A stretch of 64,000 bases of DNA from Nitrospirota bacterium (GCA_963840455.1 CAWIYV010000011.1:768001-832000), one strand, 5' to 3'; positions 50,445 through 60,478 are shown, counted from the stretch's first letter. The notes: generated by a model not told the origin, from the sequence alone. Translations and numbers: made by a program.

Positions 50445-51281
50445 TTAGTGCATCGTCTTATGGGTTCCCGGCTTCATATCAGTGAGTTCGAACACGAAGG
50501 ACCCGACCTTGAGCTTGCTCTTCATAAGCACCGGGATCTTCCGGTCGTCGTCGGTGAGCCAGAGAAAGACCTCGCCCTTGCCCGTGAAGACCCCCTTGTA
50601 CTTTGGATGGGTCTTGATCTTGATCGTATCGAACTTCCCGGCAGCAGTGGTAACCTTCTCCCTGGCCAGAACAGAGACCTCGATGGCCCAGTTCTTGCCG
50701 CTGTCCACGACATCGATTTCCATGTGCCTGCCGATCGCAAGGTCTTCCTTTGTCCGGAGAAAGTAGAGCATCGACAGGCCGTCCTGGACCGGGTCAGGTA
50801 TGGTCAAGGTCTCGGTCGGGTCCTCGTTCAGCCTGCAGACCGCTGTTCTTTTTGCGTGGTCGAATTCCGTTACGCGGAGCCTCTTTTTCTTGCCATAGCT
50901 CTCCCTGAGGCTGTAGGAGAGGCTTTGCATGAGCAGCGGGTCGAAGACGCTCTGGACCGCATCATAAACCGGAAAGACCTTGTCCACCAGACCCTGAGAC
51001 CGGCCCCATACCACGAACCTGAGAACCTCCCTCTCATCCGGCAGTTTTTCCGTTTCGACCGTCATGGTCACTGTCCCTGCCGAGAACATGCTCGACCAGC
51101 TGACATCGTACGTCAGGGTCTCCCCCGGATGGAACGCCTGGATCCCTACCGGCGGGGGGGCAATCGTCTGTTCTGCTGCGCCGGACGCAGAGGCGGCAAG
51201 CAAAAGTCCGGGGACGAGAAAGCAGAACACCACGGACGTCCGCAAAACCCGGCTGGATCCTATTTTCACAGGGCGTATCAT
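50445..51281 (-). CDS. DUF3108 family exported protein
   Basis: F.PGE.LTY.V.W, D.LS.LY.LR, G.FDTIK, WLTDD..KIPV. Confidence 0.8.
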   Translation of the reverse strand: MIRPVKIGSSRVLRTSVVFCFLVPGLLLAASASGAAEQTIAPPPVGIQAFHPGETLTYDVSWSSMFSAGTVTMTVETEKLPDEREVLRFVVWGRSQGLVDKVFPVYDAVQSVFDPLLMQSLSYSLRESYGKKKRLRVTEFDHAKRTAVCRLNEDPTETLTIPDPVQDGLSMLYFLRTKEDLAIGRHMEIDVVDSGKNWAIEVSVLAREKVTTAAGKFDTIKIKTHPKYKGVFTGKGEVFLWLTDDDRKIPVLMKSKLKVGSFVFELTDMKPGTHKTMH

Positions 51282-51475
51282 ATGACTCGAGAGCGTATTA
51301 TCTTCAGGCCTGCAGGCGGCAAGGACCAAACCCGAAGACCATCGAAGACCATCGTTCTTACGTATATTATAGAGTATTTTTCCATCAAAGGTGATTTTCA
51401 GGCGGAAGGGTTTGAGCGGATGGGCGCCGCCGCAGCTGAAACGGGAGGAGTCGTCGGAAGAGAGGAAGCGTCTTT

Positions 51476-52324
51476 TCAGGCCTGACCCCGGACAGCGCCC
51501 TCCTCGACTGAAGGCACGACAAGAACGATGTCAGCCAGGTCTTTGCATTCATCGTCAAACCCGGGCGTGTCCCTGCTGACCGAGGAGATGGTCAGGACCG
51601 CGATGCCTGGATCATACCGTTTCAGATACCAGTAGATCCCGCCGCGGTTCTTCGAATGATAATCGCCATTATAGTGGACGAACAGGTCCTTCGGTCCGCG
51701 GTTCTTCAGGATAAAGTACGCCATGGTCGCGTCCTTGACCGCCTGCGCGGCAACAAAGTTCTGCGCGTCCCTATGCGCTCCATGGGCCATGCCGATCTCC
51801 ATGACCTGCCCGTATCCCGGCGTTGAAAGGTCAAGGGTGATGGGAAGCGGGGCAATGCACCGTTTCGCTTCATCGGACAGGCGTTCGAGCGCCGCCATTC
51901 CCTGCCGGGCGACAAGGTTGGCATAGCGCCTTGGGATATTGGTCGCGATGAAGCGCAGCCCGTGCTCCCTGGCGACATCAACGAGCGGGCGGTAATCGGT
52001 GCCGTAATTCTCCCAGACCTTGGCCTCATTCACCACGTGCTCGTGCTCGATGAGACCGGCCAGATATTCGTCCACGATCAGCTGGTTGTCAGCTTCCAGC
52101 ATTTCCGCGCCGAGCATCAGGTCGCCCTTCTTTATCTCAACGAGGTCCCGCGCCAGTTCCAGCTCTAACCGATGAACAACAGGATGTTCATGGATCTCGC
52201 CGAAGAGAACAACATCGGCCCGGACGCAGCGGTCCAGCATTTCCCGGTACCCGATCTCTCTCCCTTTCCCCTCATAGAGACCGTATACCGGCTTGTCGCG
52301 GGGAACACGTCCACGATCTTCCAT
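51476..52324 (-). CDS. ChaN/PhuW family heme-uptake protein
   Basis: DVVLFGE.H, LGAEM, DYRPL, ATNIPR, AQAVKDATMA, NGDYHS. Confidence 0.85.
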   Translation of the reverse strand: MEDRGRVPRDKPVYGLYEGKGREIGYREMLDRCVRADVVLFGEIHEHPVVHRLELELARDLVEIKKGDLMLGAEMLEADNQLIVDEYLAGLIEHEHVVNEAKVWENYGTDYRPLVDVAREHGLRFIATNIPRRYANLVARQGMAALERLSDEAKRCIAPLPITLDLSTPGYGQVMEIGMAHGAHRDAQNFVAAQAVKDATMAYFILKNRGPKDLFVHYNGDYHSKNRGGIYWYLKRYDPGIAVLTISSVSRDTPGFDDECKDLADIVLVVPSVEEGAVRGQA

Positions 52325-52434
52325 GACCACTCCTTTCTCTCCCTTCCCTTCGCTGCCGATCCCAGCCTGCAAAATATGATCTGTCCCGGCAATCGCAGGT
52401 TTGTCCAGTATTCAGAATCGCCTTTGTGTCTCCT

Positions 52435-52767
52435 TTAGCGGACGCGCACCTCGATTGCGACGATCAGGTCGACACGCATGATGGCATCGTAGAATTCCTT
52501 CTGGCTGAGCTTTTCAAGATGCAGAAGGTTGTTCTGCACCTCCTTCACGACACCCGTCACGATCTGTCCCGATGTGAGGGAGACCGCCACTGTCCTTCCT
52601 TTCATGGCAATGAGGTTATCGGCCATTGGTATGGCCGCATTCAACTGGACATACTCTTTTGGACCTGCCGCGGCTTCAGCGGTCTGGAGTGCGGCCATAA
52701 GGTTCAGCAGGAGAACCGCTGTCAGTGCGAAACAGATCGCAGGACCTTTTTCATTTACTGTTCTCAT
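52435..52767 (-). CDS. Exported hypothetical protein (Sm-like pattern)
   Basis: Signal peptide; KGRTV.V.L.SG..VTGVVKEV; SD AAGGAG. Confidence 0.75.
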   Translation of the reverse strand: MRTVNEKGPAICFALTAVLLLNLMAALQTAEAAAGPKEYVQLNAAIPMADNLIAMKGRTVAVSLTSGQIVTGVVKEVQNNLLHLEKLSQKEFYDAIMRVDLIVAIEVRVR

Positions 52768-52823
52768 CGTTCATCTCCTTTCGGATCTATCGAGTTTACT
52801 CCGCCCCCCTGGGCTTTCATTCA

Positions 52824-53123
52824 TCAATCAAGTGTATCATTGAAATACCTTCGGTGCGCGTCGCATCGGCATTTCTTGTCCCACGGCCGGGAGCACTGCC
52901 TGATGAGTGCGACCCGTTCATCGCCCTCCTGCTTTGCGGCAGGGCCTGACAGGCACTTTGATTCGACCCCGGTGAAGTTGTCCCACCAGCTCGCGACCGT
53001 GTACCGTCCGCACACCGGGCAGAGGAAATAGGAGTCGGTATGCTCATCGCCCATGATGCTGCCGGAGATCGAGGCGACCCGCTCTTCCTTCAGGAATGTT
53101 CTCTTGCACTGCATGCATTCCAT
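52824..53123 (-). CDS. Cys-rich putative metal-binding protein
   Basis: CMQC, CPVC, C......CRC..H. Confidence 0.75.
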   Translation of the reverse strand: MECMQCKRTFLKEERVASISGSIMGDEHTDSYFLCPVCGRYTVASWWDNFTGVESKCLSGPAAKQEGDERVALIRQCSRPWDKKCRCDAHRRYFNDTLD

Positions 53124-53127
53124 CGGC

Positions 53128-53514
53128 TCACCGTAGACTTTTAAGAATATCATCCTTGGCCAGGAAATAGATAATGCAGATCCCTATGACCATCATGCCC
53201 CAGAAGCCGTAGACCACTGCCTGCTCGTGCGCCTGGAACCATTTTGTGAGAGCGAACTCGCCATTGCCGATCTTCACCTGCATGACGATGAAGAACCGCA
53301 CGGCGAGCGGGACGATCGCAAAGGCCATCGCGCAGAACAAGGCGAGATATGCTACTGTTACAGCAGCGGTTCCCCGGGGCCCGAGCTTTTCCTGGCTTAA
53401 CGTTCCGTTGGATTCGAGAATATTGCCGACGATGGCGCCGACGATCATCAGTGCAAATGACGAACCGAAGATGCTCAGGTACATTTTTGTATTCACCGGT
53501 CCCCCTCGAACCAT
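53128..53514 (-). CDS. Three-TM hypothetical membrane protein
   Basis: Hydrophobic segments; stop codon 5 nt before the next start. Confidence 0.7.
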   Translation of the reverse strand: MVRGGPVNTKMYLSIFGSSFALMIVGAIVGNILESNGTLSQEKLGPRGTAAVTVAYLALFCAMAFAIVPLAVRFFIVMQVKIGNGEFALTKWFQAHEQAVVYGFWGMMVIGICIIYFLAKDDILKSLR

Positions 53515-53652
53515 TTGCCATGAGCAATTGACTTCGACTGAAGAATTCCTTATGGTTTCACTAACGGCCTGCTATGCATTAAAGAATATCACAAAATAGA
53601 TGAACTATTATCAGCAGAAGGCCCCCCAACGGGGACACCTCGGGATGATCGT

Positions 53653-54378
53653 ATGAATATATTGTTCAAGATATACCGCCGCCTTGCCTCATCGGCGATC
53701 CTCAGCGCAGGGATATTCCTCCTCATCTGCTCAGCCGTTGCAATCGCTCATGCAGGCCAGGACCTTTCCCCGCCGGACCCTGAGCACGACGTGACACCGG
53801 TGACCATTGAATACAGCGCTCTGGATAAGGCAACGAACTACACTGCTTCCAGCGGAGACTGCTCCATCACCTGGATCGCCTACAACGGCGGTCCGAATCA
53901 AGGCGTCATCAAGCACTCGCCTCGATGCGCTGCGCCAATGGCGCTGCAGGTTTCGCTCCTGACAAAGATCTGCACGGCGTTATTCAGCCATGAAAAGGAG
54001 GCCGGGGCATTTCGGACATTGTTCTGGGGCGGGCTTGAAGCTGAAAGAAAGCCGGCCTCGCAGGAACTGCCGCTCCGGCTCGCTCTGGCCGCATATCGAT
54101 CGCCCGGGTGGGACGTCAGGAAGGGGAAGCCGAAAAACCGGGATATCAACGGGTTTATCAAGGAGCTTGCCAATGGAGTGCCGATCTATCCGGAGCTGCA
54201 GGAGCTGTTCCGCCCATTCAACAGACAGATCACGCTCGCCACGGTGGAGAAGGTCAGGGTCCTTGAGGCGGAAAAACTTCCCTTTTACAGCCGGCTCGAA
54301 CAGCAGGGGGTCAAGGCGACAGACAGGCTGCCTTTTGACTGCATGGCATGGTTCTCCCTCTCTCCCCTTTCACCATGA
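53653..54378 (+). CDS. Exported hypothetical protein
   Basis: Signal peptide ending AHA; 241-aa ORF. Confidence 0.7.
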   Translation: MNILFKIYRRLASSAILSAGIFLLICSAVAIAHAGQDLSPPDPEHDVTPVTIEYSALDKATNYTASSGDCSITWIAYNGGPNQGVIKHSPRCAAPMALQVSLLTKICTALFSHEKEAGAFRTLFWGGLEAERKPASQELPLRLALAAYRSPGWDVRKGKPKNRDINGFIKELANGVPIYPELQELFRPFNRQITLATVEKVRVLEAEKLPFYSRLEQQGVKATDRLPFDCMAWFSLSPLSP

Positions 54379-54477
54379 TCAGGGGCCTCATGCTGACGGT
54401 ACGCCGGCAGCATGATCGGATACTGATAAACCTTCATAGCCTAACAGGTTAGCATGCCGGGAAGGAACGACGCGATC

Positions 54478-55134
54478 TTACAGGTCGATCTCGCGGCTCT
54501 TCCGAAAGAGTTCGGGCCAGAGCTTCGTCATATCGCGACGGAAGATCAGAGCTGCATCTGCAGGAAGAAGATACCAGTCCCCGCGCCCGATCTCCCGCTC
54601 GAGCTGTCTCGCGGCCCATCCTGCGTATCCCGCATAGACGCGGACCTCTTCAGCTGTTCGCGCTGTCATCAGGGCGTCCATCATCGCCATGCGGCTGTTC
54701 GTGACGAATACGCGGTCAACGACAGCGCCCCAGTCATCAGGCGCCCGGTCCGTCCGGCGCAGCATCAGCAGATCATGCCCGCCCACGGGCCCGCCATAGA
54801 AGAGAGGGTTGCCGCCCCGGCTCATGCTGCCGATGCCGCCGAAGAGGGAAGAGACCATTGTTGCCGTTGGCTTGTTGATGATCAGCCCCATGGCCCCGCC
54901 GGGACCGGCGCTCAGCAGCAGGATGACGGACTCCCTGAACCCGGGGGCCCGGACCTGGGTGCCGGCGACGAGCAGCACGCCCGGGGCCGGCTGCAATCCG
55001 TCCTTGGCCGGTGATCCGGCAGGAAGAAGCGCCTGCAGGAGCAGGAAAAGGACGAGCGCCGTTGTCCGGCCGGTGAATGCAAAGGGTCGCGGACGGGGGC
55101 GCAGGAGCGCCATTGGCAGGCTTCTGCAAGGCAT
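54478..55134 (-). CDS. YqgE/AlgH family protein with N-terminal hydrophobic leader
   Basis: GVLLVA, F.ESVILL, GLIINKP, GGPV, YAGYAGW...QLERE..RG.W. Confidence 0.85.
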   Translation of the reverse strand: MPCRSLPMALLRPRPRPFAFTGRTTALVLFLLLQALLPAGSPAKDGLQPAPGVLLVAGTQVRAPGFRESVILLLSAGPGGAMGLIINKPTATMVSSLFGGIGSMSRGGNPLFYGGPVGGHDLLMLRRTDRAPDDWGAVVDRVFVTNSRMAMMDALMTARTAEEVRVYAGYAGWAARQLEREIGRGDWYLLPADAALIFRRDMTKLWPELFRKSREIDL

Positions 55135-55336
55135 ACGAAGAGATTACTACAGGCAACGGAAAAAAACAAGGCGGAGAAGGAGCGGGGCAGAGAGGGACGT
55201 TGTGTCATTTCGAATACAGCGGTAGAGGAAGGCTTGGCATGAAGGACGTCTGTACCTCTCGGTACTGGAGCCCCCGAGGGTCAGGGATACGTACCTATCA
55301 TCCGAAAAGGCACGGAAGTTATGGTGACAAAGAAGT

Positions 55337-56617
55337 TCAGATCCCCGTAGCGAGGGTCTTGAAATAGGTGACGACATCAATGGCAAACGGTTTGATGCAG
55401 TTGTCGTGCGTTGTTGTCAATGTTCCGGCATTGCAATTAACCACCGTCACCATGGTCGATCCGTTGCTGTCCATGGCGGCCTTGGCGGTCGTCGTGTTGG
55501 CATAGGGGACGACGTCGTCGTTTTGACCCTGGAACAGGCGCGTGGTGACGGCAGGCGCCCAGTTATAGATGTCGTTTTCGGCAATATGCGCCTTGAGCGC
55601 GGTCTCGCCCGTCCCCAGGTAGCTCGCAAGGAACACGGGGTTGAACAGTGCGCCCGTCATGACATTCGACCCCCCGAGATCAGCAGTGATCTGGCTTCTG
55701 CTGTAGTTCCCTCCGAAATGGGTAGCTACGACAGGCGCGTAAGTGAGGGAGAAGTAATACGCAAGCTGGCTCGACGGGTTGTAAAGGGAGTCGTAGGCTG
55801 CGAAAAAGAATCCGGCAAACGCGGGCTGCGGCTGCGACGCAAGCCCCAGGATGGTTTTGGTCGTGCTCGACAGGTCATAGGGGCCTGCGCCGGGCTCCGA
55901 AGCGGTGATGGGAAACTCGGCGCTCAGGCTTTGCTCCATCGATCGCTGCGTGGCAAGCGTTGCGTACCCTCCCTCGGAATAGCCCGCGAGAAACAGCTGG
56001 CCGTTCGTCACCGCGTTGATGCCCGGTTCCTTGAAAAATACGCGCGCGGCACGGTTCATGTCAATGCTTGCGGACGCGAGCATGGCGGCATGAACATAGG
56101 GGTGCAGCAGGGCTGACGAATCGCCGTAACCGATATAGTCGGGCATCACCGCGATGTATCCGATCGCCGCGAAGACCGCGCCCACCAGGCTCTCGGCGCT
56201 TGTGGGAAAACTGGAGGGCGCATCGGAATCCTGCAAAATCGTTCCGTGCTGGTAGCTCAACACCGGGCTACCTCCGCTCCGGGCGGCGGGCAGGCAGACG
56301 AGCCCTGAAGCATTGATGAGTGCGGCCGAGGCGTCCGGTGTTTTATAGGTAAGCTTGTAACAGGACACATCGGACAACGCGGTAAACCCGATCATCCCCG
56401 CGGACGCGATCAACGCATCCAGGGAAGCCGCATTGAGCGTTCCGGCCTTTGACCACGAAACGAGATCTCCCGCCGCAGCAGGCCCAGCAGGCGTCGAGCT
56501 GCCGGAGTTGCTGCCGCAGGAAAAAAATAGTCCAGTTGCAAGCAGGAGGGCAAGAAGTCGAAGGAACAGAGTGCGCATTGTCAGTTTATGTTCATGGTGT
56601 TGCATCAGGTCATTCAT
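55337..56617 (-). CDS. Lipoprotein alpha/beta hydrolase (secretory lipase-like)
   Basis: Lipobox FFSC; YQHGT, PDYIGYG, GYSEGG, GPYDL, DDVVP. Confidence 0.85.
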   Translation of the reverse strand: MNDLMQHHEHKLTMRTLFLRLLALLLATGLFFSCGSNSGSSTPAGPAAAGDLVSWSKAGTLNAASLDALIASAGMIGFTALSDVSCYKLTYKTPDASAALINASGLVCLPAARSGGSPVLSYQHGTILQDSDAPSSFPTSAESLVGAVFAAIGYIAVMPDYIGYGDSSALLHPYVHAAMLASASIDMNRAARVFFKEPGINAVTNGQLFLAGYSEGGYATLATQRSMEQSLSAEFPITASEPGAGPYDLSSTTKTILGLASQPQPAFAGFFFAAYDSLYNPSSQLAYYFSLTYAPVVATHFGGNYSRSQITADLGGSNVMTGALFNPVFLASYLGTGETALKAHIAENDIYNWAPAVTTRLFQGQNDDVVPYANTTTAKAAMDSNGSTMVTVVNCNAGTLTTTHDNCIKPFAIDVVTYFKTLATGI

Positions 56618-56841
56618 GGTTCCATCTCCCAGGATCATGATCATCAGGCAGCCGTTTTTTCCTCGTTTCGCCTCTCTATCAAAGGGTAGCCCTGTCGGAT
56701 GCAGGTGTCAACAGCTGCTCAGCTGTTCTTTTTCAGCCCTGTATCAAGTATAGCAGGGCCGGGAGCACAGAGGTTTGTGTGTTTGTTGTTCGTGCGCTGC
56801 GCCGAAGCATGGGTTTGTGTCATCCGTGCTGCAATACAAGC

Positions 56842-57266
56842 ATGAACAGACCGACCTTGGTAAGCCTCCTCATGATCGCCGGGCTCTCTGTTCTGGCGCA
56901 GGATGCCCATGCTCATCAACCAAGGATCGTGACCGGAGAACACGTCACGCTTGTCGAAGCGCCCGAGATCTCGAAAGCGTATTACGGCGAACTGACCGGC
57001 AAGCCGGACCTGTTCGTGGTGGAGCGTGACAAGCAATGGGACCTCTTTGTCGAGATCCTGGTCCCGGACCTGCCGGGAGTGCAGGAAGACAAGTCCTCTC
57101 CATAGAGCTTGAGGAACAGGTGAAGAAACGCGTCATCGCTCAAGGGCTAAGCAGGAACATGACAGGACTGTTCCTGCTCGGGCTGATGCTGGTAATTCTG
57201 GCGATGATACTTGGTATCGTGTATGGAGGGAGAAGCATTAAGCAGAGGTTCAGGAAAGCTCAATAG
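56842..57266 (+). pseudogene. Split exported/membrane hypothetical protein
   Basis: Signal peptide + AHQPR..PEISKAYYGEL stops at 57105; a TM-bearing C-terminus continues in another frame to 57266. Confidence 0.55.
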
Positions 57267-57423
57267 GTAGGTAATGCCAACCGAAAAGTCCTGATAATCA
57301 TATAAAGGGCACCTCCCTTGTTCTTCCTACGTTGAGCGAACCGGCCAAATGACACTAAAGTATTAACGCGTCTGTCGGTTCTCGTTTCCTTCCCTCGCTT
57401 CAAGATCATCGGTTGACAAAATG

Positions 57424-57432
57424 TGGTATACT
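57424..57432 (+). promoter_or_regulatory. Extended -10 promoter of the ncRNA
   Basis: TGgTATACT predicts +1 near 57439. An overlapping TATAAT and an upstream TTGACA occur at non-canonical spacing. Confidence 0.6.
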
Positions 57433-57438
57433 ATAATC

Positions 57439-57739
57439 AGGCGTTGCGGACTGGCACTGAGAAGTGTCAACCGTATCATCAACTGCCGTTGAGGGCACTA
57501 TAAGCGCCAACCGGGCGTGATTCGGGATCGGCATACAGCAGTCCGTGAGGGCTGTTAAACCGCCGGTTCGTAGATCACCAATGGCTGGAAAGCAGGTAGC
57601 CCCTGAGGTCAAAGGAGAATTCAGTAAAGGGAACGAACCGCTTCAGGATTTGCAGGAGCTAAGCACGGAAGTGATCGTTGATCTTACTGAATATCCCGAG
57701 GTTCAACGGAATGATCAGGATACGGTCAAAGCAACGCCT
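57439..57739 (+). ncRNA. Unassigned ~300-nt structured RNA
   Basis: Nested helices: AGGCGTTGC/GCAACGCCT, CCGTATC/GATACGG, CCGTTGA/TCAACGG, TCGGGAT/ATCCCGA and ATTCAGTAA/TTACTGAAT; GAGA and GTGA tetraloop hairpins. Confidence 0.72.
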
Positions 57740-57753
57740 TATTTGTCAAAAAC

Positions 57754-57790
57754 AAAAGCCGGCAGGGTTGATACCCCTGCCGGCTTTTTT
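57754..57790 (+). terminator. Strong intrinsic terminator
   Basis: AAAAGCCGGCAGGG/CCCTGCCGGCTTTTTT. Confidence 0.9.
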
Positions 57791-57931
57791 CGTTCCCTCA
57801 TCAGAGCACGCTTCTCGACCGCATGCAGGATCATGAACCTTTGGCGGGAGAAGTTCTGGAATAGGAATCGCAACTGCGCAACGGCTGCAGCCGCCTCCCC
57901 CTCACGTGCGTTTCAAGAATCGGCAAGGTGA

Positions 57932-57976
57932 TTGAAAACCCCTGCAGCAAGCTGCAGGGAATGCGCTCGCTCCTGG
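57932..57976 (-). mobile_element. Repeat family A, minimal 45-bp copy
   Basis: TTGAAAACCCCTGCAGCAAGCTGCAGGGAATGCGCTCGCTCCTGG|ATTCA. Confidence 0.75.
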
Positions 57977-58028
57977 ATTCAGGACACGAAGGGGAGGTGC
58001 AAAAAAGAGCTCTCGATACACGCTCTTT

Positions 58029-58197
58029 GTCACCTTTCTTGCATGCCCAAGAAAGTGACCCAAAGAAAGGCACCCGACGAAAATTCTTCACGGCATGTTC
58101 GGTCGTCCTCAGTACATTTCGGAAACTTGCCCTTCGGGCTTCGGACATCCGAAATGTTTAACCCTCGTCCTCTGTCGCCTGCCTAAATTTTCGTATG
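58029..58197 (-). repeat. Repeat family B, longer copy
   Basis: Core shared with 47983, plus a tail GGTGCCTTTCTTTGGGTCACTTTCTTGGGCATGCAAGAAAGGTGAC. Confidence 0.8.
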
Positions 58198-58369
58198 AGA
58201 CTGCTCTAGATCCTAGGTTTTCTCAAAGGTGAAGGGCTGATCGATCCCGGGGAAATGCTACAATATCAGAAAAGGCACCGTATCCTGGCAAAGGATATTG
58301 CAGACCAAAGCAAAGGAGACCCTGACCGACTCATCCCAGATGTTTCTCAGGAAGAACGTCAGGGGAACG

Positions 58370-59545
58370 ATGGAACAAAACGCCTCCGGGACCCTGGTCC
58401 GGAATGTCATGCTTGAATTTGCCGATCTCACCGGACTCGTATCTCCGCGGGAAGCGCCGCGGCGCTACTTATGGACGGACGCTTTTGCCGTCTGCAACTT
58501 CCTGGAACTCTATCGTCAAACGCATGATGAACACTTCAAGCAGCTCGCCCTGCACCTCGTCGATCAGGTCCATCACGTTCTCGGACGGCACCGTGACGAT
58601 GACCCGCGGACCGGCTGGCTCAGCGGTCTCGATGAACAGGGGGGCGCACTACACCCCACACGAGGCGGGCTACGGATCGGCAAGGAAATGAACGAACGCA
58701 GACCCGATGAATTTTATGACGAACAGGGGGAATGGGACCGGGACGGACAGTACTATCATTACCTCACGAAATGGATGCACGCGCTCGATCGGGCAAGCCG
58801 GGTCACCGGAGATCCGACGTACTGGAGATGGGCGATCGAGCTTGCGAAAACGGCTCATGCACGGTTTACCTACGCGACCTCACCAGGCCGCGCGAAACGC
58901 ATGTACTGGAAAATGAGCATCGACCTCTCCTATCCGCTCGTAGCATCGATGGGGCATCACGATCCTCTCGATGGATTCATCACCTATCTCCAGCTTCAGG
59001 CGACTGCGGCAAAAACTTCCGGGAACTCCGCAGGGCTCGACCTCAGCGCCGAGATTGCAGACATGGCTGTTCTGTGTGAAGGGAAAAGCTGGGAAACCGA
59101 TGACCCCCTTGGCGTCGGCGAGCTTCTGAGCAACGCATACAAACTGGCTCACTTGATCCTGATCGAAGGCCTTGAGCAGTCCGATCTTCTGGACGATCTC
59201 CTGGGTTCTTCCCTGGTCAGTCTGCAATCCGACGCGAGCAGGGACTTCCTGAAGTTTCCTGCTCAATACCGGCTTGCATTTCGGGAGCTGGGATTGTCCA
59301 TTGGATTACATGCACTGGAGAAGTTGGCGGGACTGATGCAACAAACTCCGCGCGATTTCAGTATGAAACGTCGTCTGCGTTCGCGAACCGAACGCCTGAT
59401 GCAGTATATACCTCTCCGGGAGAGCATCGAGACCTATTGGCTTGCCCCCGCAAACAGACAAGCGGACGAATGGATGGCGCATCGTGACATCAACATGGTC
59501 ATGCTGGCAACCAGCCTGGCCCCCGAGGGGTATCTCTCCCCGTGA
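58370..59545 (+). CDS. Conserved hypothetical protein, six-hairpin glycosidase-like
   Basis: RRYLWTDAFAV, DGQYYHYLTKW, WKMSIDL, HDPLDG, RLAFRELG, HRDIN.VM; the fold is inferred. Confidence 0.75.
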   Translation: MEQNASGTLVRNVMLEFADLTGLVSPREAPRRYLWTDAFAVCNFLELYRQTHDEHFKQLALHLVDQVHHVLGRHRDDDPRTGWLSGLDEQGGALHPTRGGLRIGKEMNERRPDEFYDEQGEWDRDGQYYHYLTKWMHALDRASRVTGDPTYWRWAIELAKTAHARFTYATSPGRAKRMYWKMSIDLSYPLVASMGHHDPLDGFITYLQLQATAAKTSGNSAGLDLSAEIADMAVLCEGKSWETDDPLGVGELLSNAYKLAHLILIEGLEQSDLLDDLLGSSLVSLQSDASRDFLKFPAQYRLAFRELGLSIGLHALEKLAGLMQQTPRDFSMKRRLRSRTERLMQYIPLRESIETYWLAPANRQADEWMAHRDINMVMLATSLAPEGYLSP

Positions 59546-59696
59546 AGCGTCACCGGAGAGCTGCGTTCGCACGTGACGGCCTTTTTCATAGGTGACCCCG
59601 GACAGCCCCTAAAACACTGCCCCGCCGCGTCAAAGCGGCGGGGCAGTGTCACGCCTTCCAGAACTTGTCTTAACTTCGCGCGGCATCCGCGGCCTC

Positions 59697-60290
59697 TTAG
59701 TGCATGTGCTCGTGCATCGGCATGTCCTTCTTTTCTGCATCGCTGCACCTCATGCCGCAGCCAGCGCCGCCACCCGCTGCCATCATCTCCTTTAACCGTT
59801 TCCTCTGATCGGGCGTCAGTATGGACTTCATCTCTTCACGTGCCTTGAGGTGAGCAAGGAACATCCCCGTTTTGAGGGACTCCTTCTTTTTCACCGCAGC
59901 CTCCACTGCCTTCATGTCCACAGGGTCCTTGTCGAGGAGGTCTTTAAGCTCGATATCGGCGATCTGTTTATCCGCCCTCTTTCTGACCATGTCCTTCACG
60001 GTCTTGCTGCGAAGTGTCTGGAGCGCCTCTTTCTGCTTATCGTCGAGACCGAGACCCATAAGGTGTTTCCACAGGGGGTGGTCGTTATCCATCATCATTC
60101 CGCCGTCCTGCATGCCGCCCATTCCGTGCATCATGCCCATGCAATGATGTCCCATTCCGCCCATCATGGCGCCTTCATGCATGCCCCCGCCTTTTTCGCC
60201 CATGCAGCCGCACATCTGTGCCTGCGCGGTCGAGACCAACGTCGCTGCAAAAATCAATCCGAACAATATACTTGCCAAGCTTCTTCGCAT
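59697..60290 (-). CDS. Spy/CpxP family periplasmic protein with Met/His-rich tails
   Basis: Signal peptide, LGLDDKQ and ILTPDQ (LTXXQ); SD AGGAGG. Confidence 0.85.
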   Translation of the reverse strand: MRRSLASILFGLIFAATLVSTAQAQMCGCMGEKGGGMHEGAMMGGMGHHCMGMMHGMGGMQDGGMMMDNDHPLWKHLMGLGLDDKQKEALQTLRSKTVKDMVRKRADKQIADIELKDLLDKDPVDMKAVEAAVKKKESLKTGMFLAHLKAREEMKSILTPDQRKRLKEMMAAGGGAGCGMRCSDAEKKDMPMHEHMH

Positions 60291-60478
60291 ACTGACACCT
60301 CCTGTCGATTTAGTCGTACATGAAATCAATGATAGCAGAGAGAGGAGGCAAATACAACCCGCCTCGGTGACGGCACAAACGAGAGTTCAACGCAACCGTG
60401 CCAAGCGGTGCTGTCGGGATCTTGAGGCTGCCGGAGCCTTCAAGCCGCGATCTTCCCTTCGCGCCCGTATCCCGGCCG

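Noticed and set aside
57610-57695. Assignment of the 300-nt RNA as SRP RNA
   Set aside because: It lacks the GNRA-capped helix 8 with AGCA and the Alu-domain motif; the resemblance is only partial.
57545-57931. 128-aa ORF over the structured RNA
   Set aside because: No SD, it reads through a strong terminator, and nested helices explain the sequence better. It cannot be fully excluded without homologs.
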